This document shows, piece by piece, positions 19,963 through 28,423 of a stretch of 38,783 nucleotides of DNA. The notes under the pieces were generated by a model. The model saw nothing but the letters and a program-made list of their open reading frames with translations. It did no database searches and was not told where the DNA came from. The DNA is from a candidate division WOR-3 bacterium. Its GTDB lineage: Bacteria; Hydrothermota; Hydrothermia; JBDRYB01. Position 1 is the first letter of the stretch. Each line of letters begins with the position of its first letter. The position numbers and the translations under genes were made by a program. Location: NCBI GenBank assembly GCA_039803205.1, contig JBDRYB010000019.1, forward strand, positions 1 to 38,783. The letters are read 5' to 3'.

Positions 19963-20490
19963 ATGAAGGAGAGAACCAGAAGGATAAACAGCCTCATCAA
20001 TCTGGGTGATGTTGACGCAGAACCTGTAGGGAAGCCTCTCTGTCCTTATTGCAACAGAGGAAGGGTGATAAGGAAGGAATGGATAGAGAGGCAGATATGG
20101 GATTTAGGGAAGGAGCCAATAACCGTCAGAACAAAGAGGTATGCTTGCCAGGTCTGCGGTAGGGCCTTCATCCACTAAAGGATAAAGGGCAAGAGCTGGG
20201 GTTTTAATGTAGCGGTTTCACCTGAGGGGAGGGCACCTCCTGGATACACGAAGGACATCCTGTTTTGGCTATCAGATATGCTTGGCTTCATCAGGACGGG
20301 GAAGCATTTGGGTTATTATCCTGAGCTCATCACCAACAATGCGGACGAAAGGGCTATACTACGCACAAAATCAAGGGTAAAGACCATAAGAGGTTTCAGC
20401 TCTGAGCGCGGAGCCTATTCTGCCCTTCTCATCACCCAGGCTTTTGGTGAGGCATTTGAGCGCGGCGTAGGCCTTGATCCCTCACCTTGA
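19963..20490 (+). mobile_element. internally deleted transposase remnant (pseudogene)
   Basis: N-terminal CPYC...RQIWDL...RYACQVCGRAF zinc finger (ISL3-like), in-frame TAA at 20176-20178, then TNNADERAILRTKSRVKTIRGFSS, a typical DDE transposase C-terminal helix. The catalytic core is missing. Confidence 0.75.
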
Positions 20491-20503
20491 GATGGTTTAT
20501 AAT
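20474..20503 (+). promoter_or_regulatory. rpsL operon promoter (TTGATC-18-TATAAT)
   Basis: Consensus-like hexamers followed by a GC-rich discriminator and SD AGGGAG. Confidence 0.7.
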
Positions 20504-20530
20504 TTGCCCCTTAGCGAGAAAGGGAGTTTT

Positions 20531-20905
20531 ATGCCAACGATAAACCAACTGGTGAGGTTCGGCAGGGCTTCTAAGAAGAGAAAGTCTAAGGCGCCTGCGT
20601 TGGCCGCTAATCCCCAGAGGAAAGGGGTCTGCATTAGGGTCTACACTACAACACCAAAGAAGCCCAACTCCGCCCTACGGAAGGTCGCGAAGGTTAGGCT
20701 CTCCAACGGCAAGGAGGTTATCGCCTATATACCTGGAGAAGGCCACAACCTACAGGAGCACTCGGTTGTAATGGTCAGGGGCGGAAGGGTGAAGGACCTT
20801 CCTGGGGTCAAGTATCACATCATAAGAGGAAAGTATGACTCAGCTGGGGTTGATGGAAGGGCAAAGAGCAGATCAAAATACGGAACAAAGAAGCCAAAGA
20901 AGTGA
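20531..20905 (+). CDS. rpsL: 30S ribosomal protein S12
   Basis: [28 protein letters not shown]. Confidence 0.99.
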   Translation: MPTINQLVRFGRASKKRKSKAPALAANPQRKGVCIRVYTTTPKKPNSALRKVAKVRLSNGKEVIAYIPGEGHNLQEHSVVMVRGGRVKDLPGVKYHIIRGKYDSAGVDGRAKSRSKYGTKKPKK

Positions 20906-21379
<474 letters not shown>

Positions 21380-21380
21380 A

Positions 21381-21635
21381 ATGGTAAGGATAAGGCTGGA
21401 GAGAAAGGGAAAGAGAGGAAGGCCTTTCTACAGGCTGGTGGTAGCGGACAGTCGTTCCCCAACGGGGGGTTATGTTCTAGATATCCTGGGATATTACGAC
21501 CCCATAAGGGAGGGGAATTTCAAGGTGGATTTGGAACGCTTGCAGGAATGGCTTGCTAGGGGGGCACAGATAACGCCCAGAGCAAGGAGTATCGTTAATC
21601 TCGCAAGAAGAAACAGAGAGGTGAATCATGGCTGA
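21381..21635 (+). CDS. rpsP: 30S ribosomal protein S16
   Basis: MVRIRL.R.G...[12 protein letters not shown]...LGYYDP...W...GAQ.T. Confidence 0.97.
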   Translation: MVRIRLERKGKRGRPFYRLVVADSRSPTGGYVLDILGYYDPIREGNFKVDLERLQEWLARGAQITPRARSIVNLARRNREVNHG

Positions 21636-21867
21636 ACTGAAGGAGCTGATAGAATACATCGCAAAGGCTCTCGTAGATCATCCTGAAAAGGTGGATGTAA
21701 GGGAGCTCGCCGGAGAAAAGAGCGTAATATACGAGCTGAGGGTAGGCGAAGGCGACCTCGGAAAGATCATAGGCAAGGAGGGCCGCACCGCGAGGGCCAT
21801 AAGGACCATAGTGGGCGCGGCCGCCATGAAAAAGGGACGCAGGGCTCAGCTGGAAATAATAGAATAG
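21628..21867 (+). CDS. khpA: KH-domain RNA-binding protein KhpA (YlqC)
   Basis: [28 protein letters not shown]; canonical position after rpsP. Confidence 0.95.
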   Translation: MAELKELIEYIAKALVDHPEKVDVRELAGEKSVIYELRVGEGDLGKIIGKEGRTARAIRTIVGAAAMKKGRRAQLEIIE

Positions 21868-21884
21868 GGCAAGCCCTTTGTGTC

Positions 21885-21989
21885 TCTCGCTCGGGTAAGC
21901 CGGCTAGGCTGGCGATTCTGTTACGAGGGGTTGCGGATAGGCTGAGGTATTCTCTTTATATCCCTTTCTGAGGCTTAGCGCGAGTGAGA
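21885..21989 (+). promoter_or_regulatory. putative structured RNA element between khpA and trmD
   Basis: TCTCGCTCG-GG-TAAGCC (21885-21901) is complementary to GGCTTA-GCG-CGAGTGAGA (21972-21989), which includes the A of the trmD ATG. Confidence 0.5.
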
Positions 21990-22723
21990 TGAGGATAACC
22001 TTCATAACCCTTTTCCCTGAGCTCATAAGGCCATGGCTGAATTTCGGGCCCCCAAAGGCCGCTATAGAATCCGGTTCCCTTGAGGTCAGGTTCCTCAATC
22101 CAAAGCACTATGCCAGAACCCCGAAGGATACGGACGATTATCCATTTGGAGGAGGGCCGGGCATGGTTCTCAGGCCAGAGCCTCTAATAAGAGCCATCAC
22201 CGATGCTACCGCAGATGAGGGGGGGCTTGTCTTGGCCTCCAGCGCGAGGGGCCGCGTTCTCAACCAATCATGGATAAGGAAGCTCCTGTCCCAGTCCCAT
22301 CTTGTCGTTGTTTGCGGAAGATACAAGGATACCGACGAGAGGGTTCTCAGGTGGGTGGACGAGGAGTTTTCAGTGGGGGACCTTGTGGTCTCAGGCGGCG
22401 AAGGCCCTGGGATAATCCTCCTTGATGCGATAGCGAGGCTCCTGCCCGGCGCTCTCGGTAACCAGGATTCCGCGAGCGATGACTCCTTTGAGAGAGGGGT
22501 TCTGGGATACCCTTCCTATACCAAACCCAGGCAATATCTGGGCCTAGAGGTTCCAGATGTCCTCCTGTCAGGAAATCACGCGAGGATAGAAAGGTGGCGT
22601 AGGCGCCAGGCCTTGCTTTATACTTTGCGTCTGCGTCCAGACCTTCTGGCCTCCAGACTAACGGACAGAGAGGATCTGGCGTTGCTTGAAGAAAAGGAGA
22701 GAGAAATTGGAAGAGCTCATTAG
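21989..22723 (+). CDS. trmD: tRNA (guanine-N1)-methyltransferase
   Basis: [56 protein letters not shown]. Confidence 0.95.
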   Translation: MRITFITLFPELIRPWLNFGPPKAAIESGSLEVRFLNPKHYARTPKDTDDYPFGGGPGMVLRPEPLIRAITDATADEGGLVLASSARGRVLNQSWIRKLLSQSHLVVVCGRYKDTDERVLRWVDEEFSVGDLVVSGGEGPGIILLDAIARLLPGALGNQDSASDDSFERGVLGYPSYTKPRQYLGLEVPDVLLSGNHARIERWRRRQALLYTLRLRPDLLASRLTDREDLALLEEKEREIGRAH

Positions 22724-23204
22724 ATCCGTTGAATCCTCCTTCCTCCGCCGTGATCTTCCTGAGATAAGGCCAGGGGACACGGTCAGGGTATATGTGAAGG
22801 TAAAGGAGACACGGATAAACCCGAAAACCAAGAAGCCCGAGGAGAAGGTGCGCCTTCAGGCCTATGAGGGCATCGTGATCGCTGAGAGGGGCAAAGGTTC
22901 CGGAAAGAGCATAGTGGTCAGAAAGATCTCCGCTGGTATAGGGGTTGAAAGGATATTTCCCCTCATCTCCCCTTCAGTTGAACGCATAGAAGTTGTGAAG
23001 AGAGCAAAGGTGAGGCGCGCGAAGCTGGGTTACCTGAGAGGCAGGATAGGCAAACACGCGAAGCTAAAGGATAGGCGGCTTTCGGCCGAGGAGATAAGCC
23101 TTCTTTATCCCTCCGCGGAGCCCGGAGAAACCGCTGAGGCACCGAGCGAGGAAACAAGGGCCGAACCGCTGGAATCCGCTGAGACCGAGGAAGGGGAGGC
23201 CTAA
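22686..23204 (+). CDS. rplS: 50S ribosomal protein L19 with acidic C-terminal extension
   Basis: [39 protein letters not shown]. Confidence 0.96.
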   Translation: MKKRREKLEELIRSVESSFLRRDLPEIRPGDTVRVYVKVKETRINPKTKKPEEKVRLQAYEGIVIAERGKGSGKSIVVRKISAGIGVERIFPLISPSVERIEVVKRAKVRRAKLGYLRGRIGKHAKLKDRRLSAEEISLLYPSAEPGETAEAPSEETRAEPLESAETEEGEA

Positions 23205-23205
23205 A

Positions 23206-23547
23206 ATAGACCCGGTAAAGGCAGGGAGGCGGGCAGAGGAGGAGGCCGCTGAGTTTCTCAGGTCAAAAGGCTATGTAATTGTCGCGAGGAACTTCAAGAT
23301 AAGGGGAGGGGAGGCTGACATAATAGCGTGGGATGGGGATGTTCTCGTGTTCGTTGAGGTAAAGAGCAGCGCTGGCGCGGTGAGCGAACCGCTTGAATCC
23401 CTTGGAGCTCTCAAGCGCAACCGCATGGTCCAGACAGCAGAGCAATTTCTCGCAAGGATGGGGCTTGATGGGGTTCAAGTGAGGTTTGACGCTATATCAG
23501 TTACCCCTGATGGCATAAAGCACTATCCGGATGCTTTCAGGCCATAG
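23206..23547 (+). CDS. yraN: YraN/UPF0102 family putative endonuclease (probable ATA start)
   Basis: The frame upstream of the tracked ORF reads IDPVKAGRRAEEEAAEFLRSKGYVIVARNFKIRGGEADIIAWDGDVLVFVEVK...RFDAI...HYPDAF, the full family signature. Confidence 0.88.
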   Translation: MDPVKAGRRAEEEAAEFLRSKGYVIVARNFKIRGGEADIIAWDGDVLVFVEVKSSAGAVSEPLESLGALKRNRMVQTAEQFLARMGLDGVQVRFDAISVTPDGIKHYPDAFRP

Positions 23548-23597
23548 ATCTCGGTTATTAAAGGAACCCGGCCGGCCGCGCGCTTTATAATGAGAGC

Positions 23598-24698
23598 ATG
23601 AGCCTATTTGACCGGTTAGGGACCCTCGTGGATGCCGCGCACGATGACAAGTGCTCCGAGAAGAGCTTCACCCTCAGGGAGTTCATCCACATGGCGCAGA
23701 CCCCGCGGGGCTCCTGCCCGATACTCAAGGTTGCTATGACAAATGCATGCGAGAATAATTGCTATTACTGCGCTCTCAGACGAGACAGGGATCTGCGCCG
23801 AACCAGACTTACTCCGGACGAGATGGCGAGGGCATTCGTGGAGCTCCACAGAAAGGGGCTAGTTGAGGGGATATTCCTGACATCAGGGGTGAGGGGGGGT
23901 CCCATCCGCTCAATGGACGACATACTCTCCACAGGGGAGCTCCTCAGGAGGAAATACGGGTTCAAGGGATACATGCATCTGAAGATCATGCCCGGAGCGG
24001 ATGAGGCACAAATAGAAGCCGCTTGCAGGCTGGCTGACAGGGTCTCTGTGAATCTTGAGGCCCCTAATCCAGAGCGTCTCTCCGCGCTGAGCCCGGATAA
24101 GTCCTTCAGGGAGGACCTTGGCAGGGCCATAAGAAGGATAAAGAGCATCATAGAAAGGACCGGGGTCAGGTCTGGGCAGACAACGCAGATGGTCGTCGGA
24201 GCGGCAGGGGAAACCGATCGCGAGATACTCGTGACAACGGAGAAGCTTTACAAGGACTTTGGCCTCAAGAGGGTCTACTATAGCCCCTTCAGGCCTGTTC
24301 CTGGAACCCCTCTGGAGTGGCTACCGCCCGAGGATCCAAGGAGAACAGCGAGGCTATATCAGGCTGATTTCCTTCTCAGAGACTATGGGTTCTCCGCTGA
24401 GGATCTTCCCCTGGACGAAGAGGGCAGGCTTCCGGCGGGAACCGATCCCAAGATGGCATGGGCAAAGGCTCATCCCGAGCGCTTCCCCGTTGATCTGGCT
24501 AGGGCGGATTACCACGAGCTCCTTCTGGTCCCTGGCATAGGCCCCAAGACAGCCAAAAAGATCCTGCAACACAGGGCGAGGCACGGGATAAGCATTTCAG
24601 ACCTCAGGGGGCTTGGGGTTATAATGAAGCGTGCGGCAGGGTTCATAACAGTCAAGGGCAAAAGGGCAGTTGAGGATGTTGTTATGAGCCTGTTTTGA
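23598..24698 (+). CDS. putative DNA modification/repair radical SAM protein with helix-hairpin-helix (TIGR03916-like)
   Basis: CENNCYYC cluster motif, EGIFLTSG, GYMHLKIMPG, ADRVSVNLE, GQTTQMVVGA, RLYQADFLLRDYGF, DPK.AWA, VPGIGPKTA. Confidence 0.9.
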   Translation: MSLFDRLGTLVDAAHDDKCSEKSFTLREFIHMAQTPRGSCPILKVAMTNACENNCYYCALRRDRDLRRTRLTPDEMARAFVELHRKGLVEGIFLTSGVRGGPIRSMDDILSTGELLRRKYGFKGYMHLKIMPGADEAQIEAACRLADRVSVNLEAPNPERLSALSPDKSFREDLGRAIRRIKSIIERTGVRSGQTTQMVVGAAGETDREILVTTEKLYKDFGLKRVYYSPFRPVPGTPLEWLPPEDPRRTARLYQADFLLRDYGFSAEDLPLDEEGRLPAGTDPKMAWAKAHPERFPVDLARADYHELLLVPGIGPKTAKKILQHRARHGISISDLRGLGVIMKRAAGFITVKGKRAVEDVVMSLF

Positions 24699-25872
24699 TC
24701 GCCCTGGCGAACTCCCTTGCTTTCTCCAGTCCTGCCTTGAGATCTGTATCTGTTGGCCTGAACCGGACGCGCCACGGCTCAGCGAAAGGCGTTATTCCAG
24801 CCCTCTCAAAATACGAGATTATGTCGTTTTCTGCGCCTCCACCCCAACCATATGCAGAGAAAACAAAACCAAGCCTCTTTCTTTTGGCTGACATAGCCAA
24901 GTATTCAAGGAAGAAGCCAACCGGCGGATAAAGGTGGTTGTTCATGGTTGGGGCGCCAACGATTATCCCGCGCGAGAGCATGGCGTCAGCTAAGACCTCC
25001 TGAAAATCAGAGGCGGATGCCTTGTAAACCGAAAGGGGAACCCCCTCTGTTTCAAAGCCTTCTTCTATGATCCTCGCCATCCTCTCTGTGGCTCCATACA
25101 TGGTATCGTAGATTAGGGTTGCCCTTGGCTCAACCGAGCCACCTGCCCATGTCTCGTAAAGGCGTATGACCTCTCCTACATCCCTGCGCCATATCACCCC
25201 GTGGGAAGGGGCTATGATCCTTGGAGAAAGGGACTTCACGGCTTCAACGGCCTTCTTTACAGGGCCGGGGTTCAAGAGGTCAACGATGCTAGCGTAGTAT
25301 TTCTGAAGCTCCCTGAGAACCAGCTCCCGCGGGGCCTGATCGTCAAAAAGGGCCTCTGTGGCGTAATGCTGACCGAAGGCATCGTTCGGCATGAGGACCC
25401 CTGGCTCCAGCGCGTATGTTGCCATGGAGTCGGGCCAGTGGACCATTGGTATCGGATAGAACGACAGGGTTATCCCACCGAGGTCAAGCGTGTCTCCGGA
25501 TTTAACCACGGTTATCTCGCGGCCTCGGAGCCCCGGGAAGTGGAGGAGAAACCCCTCGGCTCCCTTCGCGCTGGCGATAACCTTTGCGTTTGGTGCAAGG
25601 GCGAGGATCTTCTCGGCCGATCCCATGTGGTCAAGCTCGCAGTGGTTTATTATGAGATAATCAAGATCCTTCAACGGGATTATTGATTCAAATCGCCTTT
25701 GCATCTGCTCAAAGAGGGTCTCCTTTACCGTGTCAACAAGCGCGGTCTTCTCAGCCCTAACGAGATAAGCGTTATATGTGGTTCCGCGTGTGGTCTGGTA
25801 GCTGTGGAAATCCCTTATGGAGAAGTCCTTGGCTCCAACCCAGAATATGCCTTTGGCTATCTCTGTGCCCAT
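24682..25872 (-). CDS. fprA: flavodiiron protein (FprA/NorV-like; metallo-beta-lactamase plus flavodoxin)
   Basis: GTTYNAYL, NHCELDH, HWPDSM, DAFGQH, PSHG, YDTMYGATE, YGWGG. Confidence 0.93.
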   Translation of the reverse strand: MGTEIAKGIFWVGAKDFSIRDFHSYQTTRGTTYNAYLVRAEKTALVDTVKETLFEQMQRRFESIIPLKDLDYLIINHCELDHMGSAEKILALAPNAKVIASAKGAEGFLLHFPGLRGREITVVKSGDTLDLGGITLSFYPIPMVHWPDSMATYALEPGVLMPNDAFGQHYATEALFDDQAPRELVLRELQKYYASIVDLLNPGPVKKAVEAVKSLSPRIIAPSHGVIWRRDVGEVIRLYETWAGGSVEPRATLIYDTMYGATERMARIIEEGFETEGVPLSVYKASASDFQEVLADAMLSRGIIVGAPTMNNHLYPPVGFFLEYLAMSAKRKRLGFVFSAYGWGGGAENDIISYFERAGITPFAEPWRVRFRPTDTDLKAGLEKAREFARAIKTGS

Positions 25873-26019
25873 AGGCCAATATTATGGCACATTTTGAACC
25901 ACCTCAGCAACATTACTTCTTTTGGCAGTAGAGGGTCCTTGCATCCATGGGGATATTTCCCCGACGGGATCACGAACAACTTGCGATTCGCGCGTTAGGG
26001 GTGTTAAAATATTGAGGCT

Positions 26020-26736
26020 TTGGAAAAGGGTTGGGACATAATAATATCAGGAGGCTCTGGCACCAGAAGCGTGAGCCTCACGCGTGCCGAGTTGAGGTTT
26101 CTGTTGGCCGGGGCGATCGCGCTGGTGGTTATAGTGCTATCGGGTATGGGGTTTGGGATATGGGGAGTTCTCGTTCTCACGCAGAACTCAGACCTCAGAA
26201 AGAAGAACGCCGAGCTGGAGAAGAGGATGGCAATAGTATACGAGTTAGAAAAGGAGCTCTCCGAGATGAGGGAAACAAACCAGCGCCTAAGATATATGCT
26301 CGGCATGGATACCCTCTCCCTCGTGCCATCAGAGCCCATGTCATCCAGCGCCCTGCCGCCCACAGCTGGTTCCAGGTCCGAGAACACCGTTCCCCAGGGC
26401 CTGCCCGTATCCGGTCCGATAACCCAGAGATTCTCCTTAGAACACGGAGGCATAGACATAGCCGCACGGATTGGCACGCCAGTTGTAGCGACAGCCATGG
26501 GCCTCGTTGAAAGGGTTGGCCAGGACACGATACTCGGCCTTTCGGTTGAGATAGCTCATCCTTCTGGCTACAGGACGATATACGGGCACCTGAGCAGGGC
26601 GCTTGTCAGACAGGGCCAACAGATATATGGGGGCGACATAATCGGATATGTTGGAGAAACGGGGAAAGTAACAGGGCCTCACCTCCACTACGGGATAATG
26701 AAGGATGGGGTTTTCATTGATCCCATGAGCCAGTAG
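26020..26736 (+). CDS. M23 family metallopeptidase with N-terminal TM and coiled coil
   Basis: HGGIDIA, TIYGHL, TGPHLHY motifs. Confidence 0.9.
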   Translation: MEKGWDIIISGGSGTRSVSLTRAELRFLLAGAIALVVIVLSGMGFGIWGVLVLTQNSDLRKKNAELEKRMAIVYELEKELSEMRETNQRLRYMLGMDTLSLVPSEPMSSSALPPTAGSRSENTVPQGLPVSGPITQRFSLEHGGIDIAARIGTPVVATAMGLVERVGQDTILGLSVEIAHPSGYRTIYGHLSRALVRQGQQIYGGDIIGYVGETGKVTGPHLHYGIMKDGVFIDPMSQ

Positions 26737-28131
26737 ATGCGAATAATAAAAACGGGCAAGATACTGACCCCGGATGCTCTGCTTGAGGGGCATTTCATAC
26801 TGGAGCACGGAGGGATAATAGAGGGGATCCTCCCCCTCTCAGAGATGCCCTGGGCTGAGGCTCTCTCGGATGAAAAGATGGAATTTCCCCCTGATTCAGT
26901 CGCACTTCCTGGGTTCTTTGACCACCACGCGCACTCATTCGGAAGGGGATTGTCCCTAATTTATCCTAACCTCTCTGCCGCTAAAAGCCTTGATGAGGCC
27001 GGAGAGATCATAAGGGCAAACCTGGACTTTCCAGAGAGGCCGGTTATATTCACGGAATACGACGACTCTGGGTGGAGCCAGGAGCCGGATAGAAACTGGC
27101 TTGATGGGATAACAGGGGATGTCCCTGTTGTTCTCAGGAGGGTTTGCGGCCACAAGGCGGTCGCGAATACCGCGGCTTGCCGCCTCCTTCCGAACCCAGA
27201 GATGGCGGACAAGAACGGAATACTGCTTGAGGACGCGGCGCTTTACCTCTTCAACATCTTCAGGCCCTCGGCTGATACAGCGAAAAGGGCCGCTCTCGCC
27301 GCGCAGGAGGAATGCCTCAGACTCGGCATAACTGGCATAAGGGAAATAGGAAATCAGTTGGCATTTTCGGTTTGGCAGAGCCTTGAGGCCGAAGGGCTTC
27401 TAGCGATCTCAGTTGAATTCTACTTCATCCACACAGCGCTTGCCCATCTGGCTGAGTTGGGGATCCGGACGGGATTCGGTGGAAGGCTCAGAATAGGTGG
27501 GGTAAAGGTCTTCCTTGACGGTTCAATAGGCGCCAGGACAGCCAGGTTCAAAAGGCCATATGCTGATACCAGAGGGAGGGGCGTTCTCACATGCACCCCC
27601 GATGACCTCGCCGCTATCCTCAAAACTGCCAGCGCGGCTGGAATAAGGGTCCTTACCCACGCAATAGGGGATGAGGCAATAGAAATGGCCCTTTCGGTTT
27701 ATAGGGAGACAATAGACCCGGGGAATCCCATGGGCCACACGATAGAGCACGCGGAAGCCATATCCCAGAAGGGGCTAGACATGGCCGCTGAGATGGGGGT
27801 AGTCCTCTCGGTTCAACCGAACTTTCTGCAATGGCAAGCACCAGGAGGGCTTTACGAAAAGGCGCTTGGCAGAAGGAGGGCTAGGTCCCTCAATCCTTTC
27901 CGGAGGATGCTCGGGAGGGGTGCTCGCGTTCTCTTTGGCTCAGACTCAATGCCCCCCGGCCCACAATACGGCATAGGGCTGGCCATCAACCATCCGAATC
28001 CGGATGAGAGGATCGAGCCCCTCCAAGCCTTGGCCCTTTATTCCGAAACAGAGTTAACCCTTGGCCAGCCTTTTGTTGTGACGATCACGAATGGGCTCCC
28101 TGGGGATACTGTGTATTCAGCGTTTGCCTGA
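26737..28131 (+). CDS. amidohydrolase family 3 (YtcJ-like) metallohydrolase
   Basis: PGFFDHHAH, GH..VAN, KVFLDGSIGARTA, HAIGD, IEHAE, FGSD. Confidence 0.88.
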   Translation: MRIIKTGKILTPDALLEGHFILEHGGIIEGILPLSEMPWAEALSDEKMEFPPDSVALPGFFDHHAHSFGRGLSLIYPNLSAAKSLDEAGEIIRANLDFPERPVIFTEYDDSGWSQEPDRNWLDGITGDVPVVLRRVCGHKAVANTAACRLLPNPEMADKNGILLEDAALYLFNIFRPSADTAKRAALAAQEECLRLGITGIREIGNQLAFSVWQSLEAEGLLAISVEFYFIHTALAHLAELGIRTGFGGRLRIGGVKVFLDGSIGARTARFKRPYADTRGRGVLTCTPDDLAAILKTASAAGIRVLTHAIGDEAIEMALSVYRETIDPGNPMGHTIEHAEAISQKGLDMAAEMGVVLSVQPNFLQWQAPGGLYEKALGRRRARSLNPFRRMLGRGARVLFGSDSMPPGPQYGIGLAINHPNPDERIEPLQALALYSETELTLGQPFVVTITNGLPGDTVYSAFA

Positions 28132-28159
28132 GCGCGCCCGCCTGGTATATAATATCAAC

Positions 28160-28342
28160 ATGGCTCAGGTTTGTGATATATGCGGAAAGGGCATAATGAG
28201 CGGCCACAGGGTAAGCCACTCGCACCACCTCTCAAAGAGGCGTTGGAAGCCAAACCTTCACAAGGTCACCGCGATAATTGATGGCAAGAAGAGAAGGGTA
28301 AAGGTCTGCACCAAGTGCCTGAGGACTATAACAAAGGCATAG
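28160..28342 (+). CDS. rpmB: 50S ribosomal protein L28 (zinc-binding form)
   Basis: MAQVCDICGK...GHRVSHS...KRRWKPNL...VCTKCLR. ATG lies 6 nt after TATAAT. Confidence 0.96.
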   Translation: MAQVCDICGKGIMSGHRVSHSHHLSKRRWKPNLHKVTAIIDGKKRRVKVCTKCLRTITKA

Positions 28343-28423
28343 GAAGCCCTGAAAGAAGAACCTGATCCCGCGATCCCAGAGAACATTTGAACCAGGTATG
28401 CAGTCTCATTTATAATCTAGCAA

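Noticed and set aside
21868..21988. 5S rRNA, SRP RNA or tRNA in the khpA-trmD gap
   Set aside because: Lacks 5S conserved loops, the SRP GGAA/CAGG-AGCA motif and the TΨC arm.
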